A stretch of 64,000 nt of DNA from an uncultured Candidatus Rokubacteria bacterium (GCA_963789955.1 CAWBMV010000001.1:128001-192000), one strand, 5' to 3'. Counted from the stretch's first letter, positions 37,158 to 47,153 are shown. Made by a program: numbers and translations. Notes: a model not told the origin generated them from the sequence alone.

Positions 37158-38099
37158 TCAGGGCGCCAGCGCGATCGCCCGCAGCGGCGAGCCGGTGGCG
37201 CCCTGGATCCTCAACGGCGTCAGGATCAGCAGCGCGACGTACGCCTTCGCGTCGGCCAGCGCCTCGAGATTGCAGTTCTCCACGATGTAGATGCCGCTGT
37301 CGGCCAGCAGCATCATGTGGACGCTGAAGAGCTCCTTGCCGTAGGCGGCCGGGCGCTTCTCGAACGTCGCGGTGTCGTCGCCCGCGAGCCGCACGCTCTT
37401 GTCGATGATCCAGCGCGCCCCGTCCTGACCCGGGCCGGGCGACTGCTCACCCAGATACTTCGCGTTGTCCTTGGCGAAGTACTGGCCCCAGCCCGTGCGG
37501 ATCATCACCGAATCGCCCTTGCGCACCTCGACACCCTGCGCCTTCGCCGTCTGCTCGAGGTGCGCGCCGGTGATCTCGAAGCCGGGCGCCAGGGGGTCGG
37601 GGCGGCCGCTCGCCATCTGCCGCGCGACGTCGAGGAGGACCACGCGGTTCACCATGAGATCGGCGGGGAAGTGTTCGATCCCGAGATTCGCGCCGATGCC
37701 GGCCGGCGTGGACGTCGCGGCGACCGCGTCGACGCCGCCGTGGAGCTTCAGGTTCCGCCCGATGTGGCCGATCGCGTCGATCGTCGGCGCGCCGTGCTGG
37801 CCGCTGAAGTACATGATGTCCGACGCCCAGGACACCTGGCTGCCCGGCGCCTGGCCGAAGATCTCGTACGTCATCTTGTGCGTGCGGTTGAGCGCGAACG
37901 AGTAGGGCGGGTTGAGGTTGAGGACCGGCGACTGCTCGTTCCACGTGAAGGAGAGGTCGAACATCCTCGCGCCCTTCACGGTGCGGATCAGATCGTCGGC
38001 CGAGGGACGGCCCTGCGCCGTCGCCGAGCCGGCCAGCGCCGCCGCGACACCGAGGGTTGCCGCCGATCCAAGCCAATGCCGCCGCGAGACGTCGTTCAT
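37158..38099 (-). CDS. Tat-exported cyclase-family (kynurenine formamidase-like) hydrolase
   Basis: SRRHWLG Tat-like signal; QHGAPTIDAIGH, IRTGWG, VHMMLL..GIYIVEN..GATGSPLR. Confidence 0.8.
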   Translation of the reverse strand: MNDVSRRHWLGSAATLGVAAALAGSATAQGRPSADDLIRTVKGARMFDLSFTWNEQSPVLNLNPPYSFALNRTHKMTYEIFGQAPGSQVSWASDIMYFSGQHGAPTIDAIGHIGRNLKLHGGVDAVAATSTPAGIGANLGIEHFPADLMVNRVVLLDVARQMASGRPDPLAPGFEITGAHLEQTAKAQGVEVRKGDSVMIRTGWGQYFAKDNAKYLGEQSPGPGQDGARWIIDKSVRLAGDDTATFEKRPAAYGKELFSVHMMLLADSGIYIVENCNLEALADAKAYVALLILTPLRIQGATGSPLRAIALAP

Positions 38100-38208
38100 G
38101 CGCTCCTCCTCTGTCGATGGGCGAATCGCCAGGGAGCGTAAGCGGCGCGCCCGCCCGGCGCAAGTGCTCATGGGGTAAACTTGCGCCAACCCGTTCCAAG
38201 GAGCGTCA

Positions 38209-39792
38209 ATGAGCGAGTTTCGCCACGTGTATCGCACCGAGCTGTCGCCGCTGAGCTTCCTCACGCGAAGCGCGTACGTGTTTCCCGACAAGACCGCGGT
38301 CGTGCACGGCGCGCGCCGCTACACCTACCGGCAGCTCGAGGAGCGTGTGAATCGGCTCGCCTCGGCGTTGCGCGCGGCCGGCCTCGAGAAGCACGACCGC
38401 GTGGCGTTCCTGTGTCCGAACATCCCGCCGATGCTCGAAGCGCACTACGGCGTGCCGGCCGCGGGCGGCGTGCTCGTCGCGATCAACACGCGGCTCAGCT
38501 CGGACGAGATCGGCTACATCCTCGAGCACTCCGGCGCCAGGTTTCTCTTCGTCGATGCGGAGCTCGAGCCGCTCGTGAAGCCGCTGCCGCTGTCCGGCCT
38601 GCGCGTCGTGCGCGTGGACGACACCGGCGCGCCGGGCGATCCGTACGAGGATCTCCTCGCCGGCGGCTCGCCGTCGCCGGTCGAGAGCTGGCTGAAGGAC
38701 GAAGAAGAGATGCTCGCGATCAACTACACCTCGGGCACGACGGGCCGGCCCAAGGGCGTCATGTATTCGCACCGCGGCGCCTGGGTCAACGCGCTCGGCG
38801 AGGTGCTCGAATCGCAGATGGGCTTCGACGCGCGGTACCTGTGGACCTTGCCCATGTTCCACTGCAACGGCTGGTGCTTCACGTGGGGCGTGACGGCCGT
38901 CGGCGGCACGCACATCTGCCTGCGACGGGTCGAGCCCTCGCGCATCTGGGAGATGATCGACAAGGAAGGCGTCACCCACTACAACGGCGCGCCGACCGTC
39001 CACATCGGCGTCGTCAACGATCCGAAGGCCCACAAGCTCGAGCGCCCCGTCACCGTCTGCGTGGCGGGCGCGCCGCCCTCGCCGACCTTGCTCGGCCGGC
39101 TCAAGGAGCTCGGCTTCCGCCCCGTGCACGTCTACGGGCTCACCGAGACGTACGGACCGCACACGGTGTGCGCGTGGCACGAGGAGTGGGACGCGCTGCC
39201 GCTCGACCAGCAGTCGCGGCTGGCCGCGCGTCAGGGCCAGGGCTACGCGATCTTCGATCTCGTACGCGTGGTCGACAGCGAGATGCGCGATGTGCCGCGC
39301 GATGCCGAGACGCTCGGCGAGGTCATCATGCGCGGCAACAACGCGGCGATGGGCTATTTTCGTCAACCCGAAGCCACGGCGGAGGCGTTCCGCGGCGGGT
39401 GGTTCCACTCCGGCGACATCGCGGTGTGGCATCCCGACGGCTACGTCGAGCTGCGCGACCGGAAGAAGGACATCATCATCTCGGGCGGCGAGAACATCTC
39501 GACGATCGAGGTCGAGCAGTGCGTCGCGCGGCACCCGGCGGTGCTCGAGTGCGCGGTGGTCGCGGTGCCCGACGACAAGTGGGGCGAGCGGCCGAAGGCG
39601 TTCGTCACGCTCAAGCCCGGGCAGAAGGCCACCGAGCCGGAGATCATCGAGTTCTGCCGCCAGCACATCGCGCACTTCAAGTGCCCGGCGGCGGTGGAGT
39701 TCGGCGATCTGCCGAAGACGTCGACCGGCAAGGTCCAGAAGTTCGTCCTTCGCGAGAAAGAGTGGAAGGGCCGCGAGAAGCGGATCAACTAG
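38209..39792 (+). CDS. Acyl-CoA synthetase (AMP-binding)
   Basis: YTSGTTGRPKG, LPMFHCNGW, YGLTETYGP, LPKTSTGK. Confidence 0.93.
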   Translation: MSEFRHVYRTELSPLSFLTRSAYVFPDKTAVVHGARRYTYRQLEERVNRLASALRAAGLEKHDRVAFLCPNIPPMLEAHYGVPAAGGVLVAINTRLSSDEIGYILEHSGARFLFVDAELEPLVKPLPLSGLRVVRVDDTGAPGDPYEDLLAGGSPSPVESWLKDEEEMLAINYTSGTTGRPKGVMYSHRGAWVNALGEVLESQMGFDARYLWTLPMFHCNGWCFTWGVTAVGGTHICLRRVEPSRIWEMIDKEGVTHYNGAPTVHIGVVNDPKAHKLERPVTVCVAGAPPSPTLLGRLKELGFRPVHVYGLTETYGPHTVCAWHEEWDALPLDQQSRLAARQGQGYAIFDLVRVVDSEMRDVPRDAETLGEVIMRGNNAAMGYFRQPEATAEAFRGGWFHSGDIAVWHPDGYVELRDRKKDIIISGGENISTIEVEQCVARHPAVLECAVVAVPDDKWGERPKAFVTLKPGQKATEPEIIEFCRQHIAHFKCPAAVEFGDLPKTSTGKVQKFVLREKEWKGREKRIN

Positions 39793-40800
39793 ATGCTCCG
39801 GCTGGGTGTACTCGACCAATCGCCCGTGCGCAGCGGCGGTGTCGTGTCCGACGCCATCCACGAAACGCTCGAGCTCGCGGAGCTGTGCGACCGCCTCGGC
39901 TACCACCGCTACTGGCTCGCCGAGCACCACTCGACGCCGGGGCTGGCCGGCTCGAGCCCCGAGGTGCTGATCGGCCAGGTCGCCGCGCGCACCGCGCGGA
40001 TCCGGGTCGGCTCCGGCGGCGTCATGCTCCAGCACTACAGCTCGCTGAAGGTCGCCGAGAGCTTCCGCGTGCTCGAGACGCTCTTTCCCGGGCGGATCGA
40101 TCTCGGCATCGGTCGGGCGCCGGGCAGCGATCAGCTGACGGCGCGCGCGCTGCGCGACGACGGCAGCCCCGAATACTTCCCGCAGCAGGTCGCTGACCTG
40201 GTCGGCTTCCTCCACGGCGCCCTGCCGCAGGGCCACGTATTTTCTCAGGTCCTCGCGATGCCGACCGGTCCGACGGCGCCGGAGATGTGGCTCCTCGGCT
40301 CGAGCGACGCCAGCGCCGCGATCGCGGCGCACTTCGGCACCGGCTTCTCGTTCGCGCACTTCATCAACCAGGATGGCGGCGCCGAGGTCACCCGCGCCTA
40401 TCGGCGGCAGTTCAAGCCGTCCCAGTGGCTCGAAGCACCGCGGGCGAGCGTCGCCGTCTTCGCGGTCTGCGCCGACACCGAGGCGGAGGCTCAGCGCCTG
40501 GCGCGGAGCCGCCATCTCTTCATCGTGCGTCTCTACACGGGGCGCGCGGGCCGCTATCCGTCCGTCGAGGAGGCCGAGACGTATCCGTACTCGGAGCGCG
40601 AGCTCGCCATCCTCCACCACGCGCAGCAGCGCACGGTGGCCGGCACTCCCGAGCAGGTGCGCGAGCGGCTCGAGGCGCTCGCCGCCGACTACGAGGCCGA
40701 CGAGCTGATCGTCGTCACGATCACCCACGATCCGAAGGCCCGGCGCCGGTCCTACGAGCTCCTGGCCAAGGTCTTCGGGCTCGAGGAGACCACCGCATGA
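39793..40800 (+). CDS. LLM-class flavin-dependent oxidoreductase (YhbW-like)
   Basis: LGVLDQSP, GYHRYWLAEHH, RVGSGGVML, DLGIGRAPG. Confidence 0.92.
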   Translation: MLRLGVLDQSPVRSGGVVSDAIHETLELAELCDRLGYHRYWLAEHHSTPGLAGSSPEVLIGQVAARTARIRVGSGGVMLQHYSSLKVAESFRVLETLFPGRIDLGIGRAPGSDQLTARALRDDGSPEYFPQQVADLVGFLHGALPQGHVFSQVLAMPTGPTAPEMWLLGSSDASAAIAAHFGTGFSFAHFINQDGGAEVTRAYRRQFKPSQWLEAPRASVAVFAVCADTEAEAQRLARSRHLFIVRLYTGRAGRYPSVEEAETYPYSERELAILHHAQQRTVAGTPEQVRERLEALAADYEADELIVVTITHDPKARRRSYELLAKVFGLEETTA

Positions 40801-41912
40801 CCCGTCGTCTCTGGCTCGTGACCGGCTCGCTCGCGCTGGCATCGCTGATCGCGCTCACCGTCGTCTTCACGAGCACCGTCACGGCCCAGCGGCCGGGCGA
40901 GGGGCAGGCGCCGAAGTTCCAGGTCGATCCGTGGTGGCCCAAGCCCTTGCCGAACAACTGGCTCATGGGTCAGGCCGCCGGCGTCGCGGTGGATCGCCAC
41001 GACCACGTCTGGGTCATCCAGCGGCCGCGGACCCTGACCGAGGACGAACGCGGCGCAACGTTGAATCCGCCGCGCTCGCTCTGCTGCGCCCCGGCGCCGC
41101 CCGTCCTCGAGTTCGACGGCGACGGCGTGCTGGTGCGCTCGTGGGGCGGCCCCGGCGCGGGCTACGAGTGGCCCCTGAACGAGCACGGGATCTTCGTCGA
41201 CTATCAGGACAACGTGTGGATCGGCGGCAACGACGCGAAGGATCATCAGGTGCTCAAGTTCACCCGCGACGGGAAATTTCTCCTCCAGATCGGCAAGGCC
41301 GACCAGACCGGCGGCGACGGCGACACCACGCACCTCGGCCGGCCCGCGAACATGAACGTCGACCCGGCGACGAACGAGCTGTTCATCGCCGACGGGTACA
41401 AGAACCACCGCGTGATCGTCTTCGACGCGCAGACCGGCGCCTACAAGCGGCACTGGGGCGCGAACGGCCGGCCGCCCGGCGATCCGAGCGTGAAGTCGTT
41501 CGGCAATCCGGTGCACTGCGCGCGCCTGGCGAAGGACGGGCTGCTCTACGTGTGCGACCGGATGAACAACCGCATCCAGGTCTTCAAGAAGGACGGCACG
41601 TTCGTGAAAGAGTTCATCGTCGCCCCGGCGACGCGCGGCAACGGCTCGGTCTGGGACCTCGACGTCTCGCACGATGCGCCGCAGACCTGGCTCTACAACG
41701 CCGACGGCGAGAACAACCACATCTGGACCTTGCTACGCGACAACGGCCAGATCGTCGGCAAGTTCGGCCGCAACGGGCGGCAGGCCGGTCAGCTCCACTG
41801 GGTGCACAACCTGGCGGTCGACTCCAAGGGCAACGTCTACACGGCGGAAGTCGACTCGGGCAAGCGGGCCCAGAAGTTCGTGTTCAAGGGCATGGGTCCG
41901 GCCGAGCCCTGA
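40797..41912 (+). CDS. Secreted NHL-repeat beta-propeller (PAL-like)
   Basis: Signal peptide; FQVDPWWPKPLP, EHGIFVD, IADGYKNHRV, VHC, VHNLAVDSKGNVYTAE. Confidence 0.82.
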   Translation: MTRRLWLVTGSLALASLIALTVVFTSTVTAQRPGEGQAPKFQVDPWWPKPLPNNWLMGQAAGVAVDRHDHVWVIQRPRTLTEDERGATLNPPRSLCCAPAPPVLEFDGDGVLVRSWGGPGAGYEWPLNEHGIFVDYQDNVWIGGNDAKDHQVLKFTRDGKFLLQIGKADQTGGDGDTTHLGRPANMNVDPATNELFIADGYKNHRVIVFDAQTGAYKRHWGANGRPPGDPSVKSFGNPVHCARLAKDGLLYVCDRMNNRIQVFKKDGTFVKEFIVAPATRGNGSVWDLDVSHDAPQTWLYNADGENNHIWTLLRDNGQIVGKFGRNGRQAGQLHWVHNLAVDSKGNVYTAEVDSGKRAQKFVFKGMGPAEP

Positions 41913-41929
41913 TCCGGGCGCCGGCGCCG

Positions 41930-42350
41930 CTACGCCGGAGCGTGGACGAAGGGCAGAACGGCGTAGCGCGCCCGCTCCACCTCGATCGCGAGGACGACCC
42001 GCTGCGCGGGGTTGTCGCGGAACGGAAACGGCTTGCCCGTGTACTTGCGCGAGATCCGGTCCATCGTCTTGAAGTCGGCGTCGGGGCGGCGCTCGACGAT
42101 CCGTCCGCGGATCTGCGCCTCTCGATACGGATTGTCCATGCGCGATGATCGAGAGGCCGACGCGCGCGTCGCGCCGGGTGTTCTTCGCCTTCAGCGACCC
42201 CTCGCCGGTGCTGACGAGGATGAAATCCCCGTCGAGATCGACCCAGACCGGCGCGACTTGCGGCGACCCGTCGGGCATCAGGGTCGCGAGATGAGCGAAG
42301 TTCGCGCCGCGCACGAGCGCCTTGAGATCGTCGGACAGCTTCAGCGGCAT
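41930..42350 (-). CDS. PPOX-class (putatively F420-dependent) oxidoreductase, frameshift near 42141
   Basis: FAHLATLMPDGSPQVAPVWVD..KAKNTRRDARV / DNPYR..DRISRKYTG. Confidence 0.85.
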
Positions 42351-42361
42351 TGCAGCATCTC

Positions 42362-43222
42362 CTATGTCTCGATCGGCGTGTCGTCCCGCCCGCCCCACTC
42401 GGTCCAGGAGCCATCGTAGACCGCGACGTCCGGCCGCCCGATCACGTGGAAGCCGAGCGCCAGCACGGAGGCGGTCACTCCGGACCCGCACGACGTGACG
42501 ACGGGCTTGGCGAGATTGATTCCCGCTCCCTCGAGCTTGCGCCGGATATCGTCGGCCGGCAAGAAGGTGCCGTCCTTCTGGTAGAGCTCGTCGTAGGGAA
42601 GGTTGAGGCTCCCGGGGATGTGGCCACCCCGGAGACCCGCACGCGGCTCGGGATCCGTGCCGGCGAAGCGGCCGCGCGACCGGGCGTCGAGCACCTGGGC
42701 CTTGCGCGTCGTGAGGTTCTGGCGCATGCCCGCGAGGTCGCGGACGAGGCTTCGCCGCAGGCGCGCGGTGAAGCGGCGCGGCTTCGGCGCCGGCGTGCCG
42801 GATTGCACGGCACGACCCTCGGCCCGCCACCGCGGGAGGCCGCCGTCGAGCACGAAGACCTTGTCGTGACCGAACACACGAAAGGTCCACCAGACGCGCG
42901 CGGCGCTCGTCACGCCCCGCGTGTCGTAGACGATCACCCGGTCACGGCTGCCGATCCCCAGTCGTCCGACGCTCCCGGCGAAGTCCGCGGCGCGCGGCAG
43001 CATGTGCGGCAAGGTCGTCCCGTGGTCGGCGATCGCGTCGATGTCGAAGAACACCGAGCCCGGGATGTGCGCCTGAGCGAACTCGGCCCGCGCGTCACGC
43101 TTGAGCTGCGGCATGTGCCAGGAGCCATCGAGCACCCGGACGTCGCGCTTGCCGAGATTCTGGGCGAGCCACTCGGTCGTGACGAGCACCGACGCCTTGG
43201 GCGCGCGCGCCGCCGGGCTCAC
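42362..43222 (-). CDS. sseA: 3-mercaptopyruvate/thiosulfate sulfurtransferase (tandem rhodanese)
   Basis: AHIPGSVFFD, GHIPGS, CGSGVTA, VYDGSWTEW. Confidence 0.93.
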   Translation of the reverse strand: MSPAARAPKASVLVTTEWLAQNLGKRDVRVLDGSWHMPQLKRDARAEFAQAHIPGSVFFDIDAIADHGTTLPHMLPRAADFAGSVGRLGIGSRDRVIVYDTRGVTSAARVWWTFRVFGHDKVFVLDGGLPRWRAEGRAVQSGTPAPKPRRFTARLRRSLVRDLAGMRQNLTTRKAQVLDARSRGRFAGTDPEPRAGLRGGHIPGSLNLPYDELYQKDGTFLPADDIRRKLEGAGINLAKPVVTSCGSGVTASVLALGFHVIGRPDVAVYDGSWTEWGGRDDTPIET

Positions 43223-43953
43223 CGGACGACCTTGCGCGGCAGCCGGTCCTCGAGCTGAATCGTCTTGATGTCGTTCATGATGACCTCGGGAAAGAGGTAC
43301 GCGGTCGTATAGATCTCGCGGACGACCGCGTGCTCGTCGAGCAGGAACACCTTGAGGACGTGCGCGAGCGGCCCGGCCGGCCGCCCCTGCGCGTCGATCT
43401 CGACGCGCACGTCCTGGCCGAAGCCGTCGAGCAGCGGCACCAGGGCTCGCGGCCGCTCGGTCGTGAGAAAGGCCCACTCGACGCCGTTCGGCGGGGCTCC
43501 CGCCGCGTAGTGGCGCATCACGTCCGGCGTGTCTCGCGCCGGATCGAAGCTGAGCGAGACCAGGCGTACGCGATCGCGCAGCTCGGCATCCTCGGACACG
43601 CGATGCCGCACGGTGTGAAATACCTGATAGGCGAGGGGACAGCCGCGCGCGTCGGCGCACGAGGTGTAGATGAATCCGAGGAGCGTGATCTTTCCCGCGG
43701 TGAAGCGCGACAGCGGGAGCCGGCGGCCGTCCGGATCGAGCACCGGACCATCCGGCGCCCGCATGATCGCGGGCAGCGCGTAGCTGCCGGCCGGCGGGGG
43801 CACGAAGTCCATCGTGACCGCGCCCGGCACGTCGGGCTCGTGCGCGTCCACGACGATCCCCGGCGCGACGACGATCCCCGCGGCGGCGGCGACCGCCGCG
43901 AGGATCACCGCGAGGCGTGAATCAGCGAAGCGTGGCGGTACGCTCGAGCCCAT
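43219..43953 (-). CDS. SCO1/SenC-family copper chaperone (start uncertain)
   Basis: FIYTSCADARGCP, SFDPARDTP, HVLKVFL. Confidence 0.85.
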   Translation of the reverse strand: MGSSVPPRFADSRLAVILAAVAAAAGIVVAPGIVVDAHEPDVPGAVTMDFVPPPAGSYALPAIMRAPDGPVLDPDGRRLPLSRFTAGKITLLGFIYTSCADARGCPLAYQVFHTVRHRVSEDAELRDRVRLVSLSFDPARDTPDVMRHYAAGAPPNGVEWAFLTTERPRALVPLLDGFGQDVRVEIDAQGRPAGPLAHVLKVFLLDEHAVVREIYTTAYLFPEVIMNDIKTIQLEDRLPRKVVR

Positions 43954-45247
43954 ACGCGGCCTTCATGGCCTTCGAGCCGAGCTTCATGTGGTGCGCGCGG
44001 CCGAGCTTCTCCTTGTAGAAGTCGACCTCGAAGGCCGGCTTGAGCTCCTTGCCGTCCCAGGAGAAGCCGCGCACGAACTGCTCGTCGTCCGCGCCGCCCT
44101 TGTCCCAGTTGGCGAGCAGCGAGGAGGCGATGTAGACGCGCGTGCCATCCCAGCTCTGCGAGATCATGTTGACCTGCTTGCCGGTGACTTTCTCGTACGT
44201 CTGCTTCGGCTGCTCCGGGTTGGACAGGTCGAAGTAGCGGGTCTTGCCGTCCATGAACGTGTTGACCCAGAGCCCGGTCCCGTCCTTGTTGATGCTGATG
44301 TCGACCGGCAGCGGGATCTTCGTCGGATCCCCGATGATGGCGACCTCCTTGGCCTGCCAATCACCCGAGGCGTCGGGCTTGATGAGCCAGAGCTTCGAGG
44401 TGAGGGCGGAGGCGGTGATCGCCCAGCTGTCGCCGTCCTTGAGCGACCAGCGAATCTCCAGCGGGGCGCCGGGGACGCTCAGGACCTTCTTCGCCTTCAT
44501 CGCTTTGAGATCCCAGACCACCATCGTGTTGCCGAACTTCTTCATCGCCTCGCCGTCCTTCACCAGATCGCCGAGCGCGCGCATGTAGTTCGTGCGCCCG
44601 GTGAAGCTCGACGTCAGCATGACGTTCTTCTGCGGGTTGATCGCGACGTCGTAGCCGTAGCCGTCACCGCCGTCGGTCGTCGGCATGGGATAGGTGGCGA
44701 CCAGCTCGCCCTTGTTGCTGTAGAGCGCCATGCCCGTCACGCCGCCGCCGTCCTTGTTGTTCGACAGGCCCTGGACGATCATGCGGCCGGGCATCGCGTA
44801 GAAGGTGTGCGGGCCGACGTACCCGGTCTTGGCCGGCATGTCCGAGATCGTCCGCACGAGCTTGGGCTTGGCCGGATCGGTGCCGACGTCGAAGATCGAG
44901 ATGCGGCTACTGTCGAGGCCGCCGGCCCAGAGAAAGCGCCGGTCGTCGGTGAAGCCCATGTGGTGCGCTTCGCCCTGCCCCCGCACCGAGATCTTGTGGA
45001 TCACCTTGCCGTAGCGACTCGACGCGGGGTTCACGTCGATCGTGACGAGCTTGTCGGAGCCGTCTCCCATGCCCTTCACGCCGAGCGCCCACACGTAGAG
45101 GTAGTCTTCCTGTCCCTTGATCAGGTTGCCCATGTAGGGTGAGTTGCACGTCTCGTCGGCGCCGGCCGGCAGCGTGGCGACGACGGCGAGCGCGAGCACG
45201 CCGACGATCACGCCGGCGCACAGTCCACGAATTCGATTGCCATGCAT
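43922..45247 (-). CDS. mtoX: Methanethiol oxidase-like protein (SBP56/SELENBP1 family), periplasmic
   Basis: Signal peptide then DETCNSPY; GEAHH, GPHTFY, GYGYD, PGAPLEIRW, SSLLANWDK, LGRAHHM; followed by sco. Confidence 0.88.
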   Translation of the reverse strand: MHGNRIRGLCAGVIVGVLALAVVATLPAGADETCNSPYMGNLIKGQEDYLYVWALGVKGMGDGSDKLVTIDVNPASSRYGKVIHKISVRGQGEAHHMGFTDDRRFLWAGGLDSSRISIFDVGTDPAKPKLVRTISDMPAKTGYVGPHTFYAMPGRMIVQGLSNNKDGGGVTGMALYSNKGELVATYPMPTTDGGDGYGYDVAINPQKNVMLTSSFTGRTNYMRALGDLVKDGEAMKKFGNTMVVWDLKAMKAKKVLSVPGAPLEIRWSLKDGDSWAITASALTSKLWLIKPDASGDWQAKEVAIIGDPTKIPLPVDISINKDGTGLWVNTFMDGKTRYFDLSNPEQPKQTYEKVTGKQVNMISQSWDGTRVYIASSLLANWDKGGADDEQFVRGFSWDGKELKPAFEVDFYKEKLGRAHHMKLGSKAMKAAYGLERTATLR

Positions 45248-45285
45248 GCATGGCCTCCTGTCAGCTTCGGGTGAGGGACGTGGTG

Positions 45286-46590
45286 CTACTCGCGCGCGAT
45301 GCGCGCGCCGAGCGCCGTCAAGCGCTCGTCGATCCGCTCGTAGCCGCGATCCACCTGCTGGACGTTGCGAATGACCGATCGACCCTGCGCCGCGAGCGCG
45401 GCGGCGATGAGGGCCATGCCGGCGCGGATGTCGGGCGAGACGATCGTCGCGCCGTGCAGGCGGCTCGGGCCGATCACGAGCGCGCGGTGCGGATCGCTCA
45501 ATAATATGCGGGCGCCCATCGCGATCAGGCTGTCGACGAAGAACAGCCGACTCTCGAAGAGCTTCTCGTGGATCAGCACGGTGCCCTCGCACTGCGTCGC
45601 GAGCACGAGCGCCAGGGGCGTGAGGTCGGCCGGAAAGCCCGGCCACGGCGCGTCGTCGACCTTCGCGATGCCGCCGTCGACATCGGACACGATCGTCCGC
45701 TTCTGCGACGCGGGCACCTGCAGGCTCTCACCGTCGATGTGGGTCTCCACTCCGAGCCGCGCGAACACCAGGCGGATCATCCGGAGGTGATCGGGCGCCA
45801 CCTCGCGCACGCGCAGCGCGCCGCCGGTCATCGCGGCCACCGCGACGAAGGAGCCGATCTCGATGTGATCCGGGCCGACTCGATGGCGCGCCGGCCGGAG
45901 CTCGCGCACGCCGTCGATCTCGAGCACGTTGCTCCCGATGCCACGGATGCGGGCGCCCATCGCGTTCAGGGCATGGCAGAGCCCCTGCACGTGCGGCTCC
46001 GAGGCCGCGTTCAGGAGCCGGGTGGTCCCGTCGGCCATCGCGGCGGCCATGACCGCGGTCTCCGTGCCGGTCACGCTGGCCTCGTCGAGGAACACTTCAG
46101 CCCCGCGGAATCGGCCGGCGAGCTCGAGGCGGTAGTACGCGTCGTCCAGGTTGATCCGGGCCCCGAGCTCGCGGAGCGCCAGCAGGTGGGTGTCGAGCCG
46201 GCGGCGCCCGATCTTGTCGCCGCCCGGCCGGGGCAGGACGGCGAGACCCGTCCGGGCCAGCAGGGGCGCCGCCAGGAGAAACGACGCCCGGATCTCGGCG
46301 GCCAGATCCGAGTCGGGCCGTGACTCACGGAGGCCTCTGGCGTCGACGGTGACCGAGTGCTCCTCCGACCAGTCCACCGAAACGCCGAGAGCCCGAACCA
46401 GCTCGATCAGAGTCGTGACGTCGCGGATGCGCGGCACGTTTTCGATCACCACTGGTCCAGAGGCGAGCAGTGCCGCGGCGAGGAGTGGGAGGGCCTCGTT
46501 CTTGTTCCCGCTCGGGATGACGTCGCCCCCGAGAGGGTAGCCGCCCTGGATTACGAAGCGGTCCCCGGACGTCGAATCCTTAGAAGGCAT
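45286..46590 (-). CDS. murA: UDP-N-acetylglucosamine 1-carboxyvinyltransferase
   Basis: [49 protein letters not shown]. Confidence 0.93.
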   Translation of the reverse strand: MPSKDSTSGDRFVIQGGYPLGGDVIPSGNKNEALPLLAAALLASGPVVIENVPRIRDVTTLIELVRALGVSVDWSEEHSVTVDARGLRESRPDSDLAAEIRASFLLAAPLLARTGLAVLPRPGGDKIGRRRLDTHLLALRELGARINLDDAYYRLELAGRFRGAEVFLDEASVTGTETAVMAAAMADGTTRLLNAASEPHVQGLCHALNAMGARIRGIGSNVLEIDGVRELRPARHRVGPDHIEIGSFVAVAAMTGGALRVREVAPDHLRMIRLVFARLGVETHIDGESLQVPASQKRTIVSDVDGGIAKVDDAPWPGFPADLTPLALVLATQCEGTVLIHEKLFESRLFFVDSLIAMGARILLSDPHRALVIGPSRLHGATIVSPDIRAGMALIAAALAAQGRSVIRNVQQVDRGYERIDERLTALGARIARE

Positions 46591-46644
46591 CGTGAAGGCG
46601 TCGCCAGGAGGAGTCTACGTTAAAGGTCGCTGCGGAAGCCACTC

Positions 46645-46675
46645 AATGTCAGCCAGTCTCAGGCCTGCTGACATT
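46645..46675. promoter_or_regulatory. 9-bp inverted repeat upstream of murA (possible operator/hairpin)
   Basis: AATGTCAGC-N13-GCTGACATT in a lower-GC divergent intergenic region. Confidence 0.4.
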
Positions 46676-46916
46676 TCCGTCATGGCCCGACGGCTCGGAA
46701 GGCTCGATTTGCGCCTCACTATGTAAGGCCTTCATTGCGGTCAGGGATTTTCCAGGACGTTTCGCCCTGGTGCATCAGCTTGAAATTGTTTGCCTGACAA
46801 CGTTCGCTCGACTTTGGTCGCTCGCGACTGCCCGGCGGTTTAATTCTTGCAGGTACGAGCTGCTGGCTACTCTATTATGAGAAAGGAATGGCGATGCAGA
46901 TTCTCGCCATAAACCG

Positions 46917-47153
46917 GTGACGGACTACCTTCCGGACACCCCGTGTGTCGCTCGCGCCTATTGTCCCGGTTGTGAGCCAGATGCCGACCCCAGCCTGGAG
47001 ATTCTCGACGTGCGCTGGTGCGAATCCCACTCGCCGGCCCGAGATGGCACCGACGACGAAGTGGTGACCGCCTCCGCGTACCTCTCGGGAAGCGCCGAGG
47101 CGGGCGGCGACGACAACAGGCGCTGGTGCGACATCCTTCACGGCCGCCACTAG
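46917..47153 (+). CDS. Small Cys/His-containing hypothetical protein (true start may be 46894 with an indel)
   Basis: PCVARAYCPGC..WCESH..WC; GAAAGGA RBS precedes ATG 46894 in another frame. Confidence 0.55.
   Translation: MTDYLPDTPCVARAYCPGCEPDADPSLEILDVRWCESHSPARDGTDDEVVTASAYLSGSAEAGGDDNRRWCDILHGRH

Noticed and set aside
37134..37160. TGA in the peroxiredoxin stub as possible selenocysteine
   Set aside because: The TGA falls at a Trp position, not the catalytic Cys; the downstream sequence is not Prx-like and hits another gene within 21 bp.
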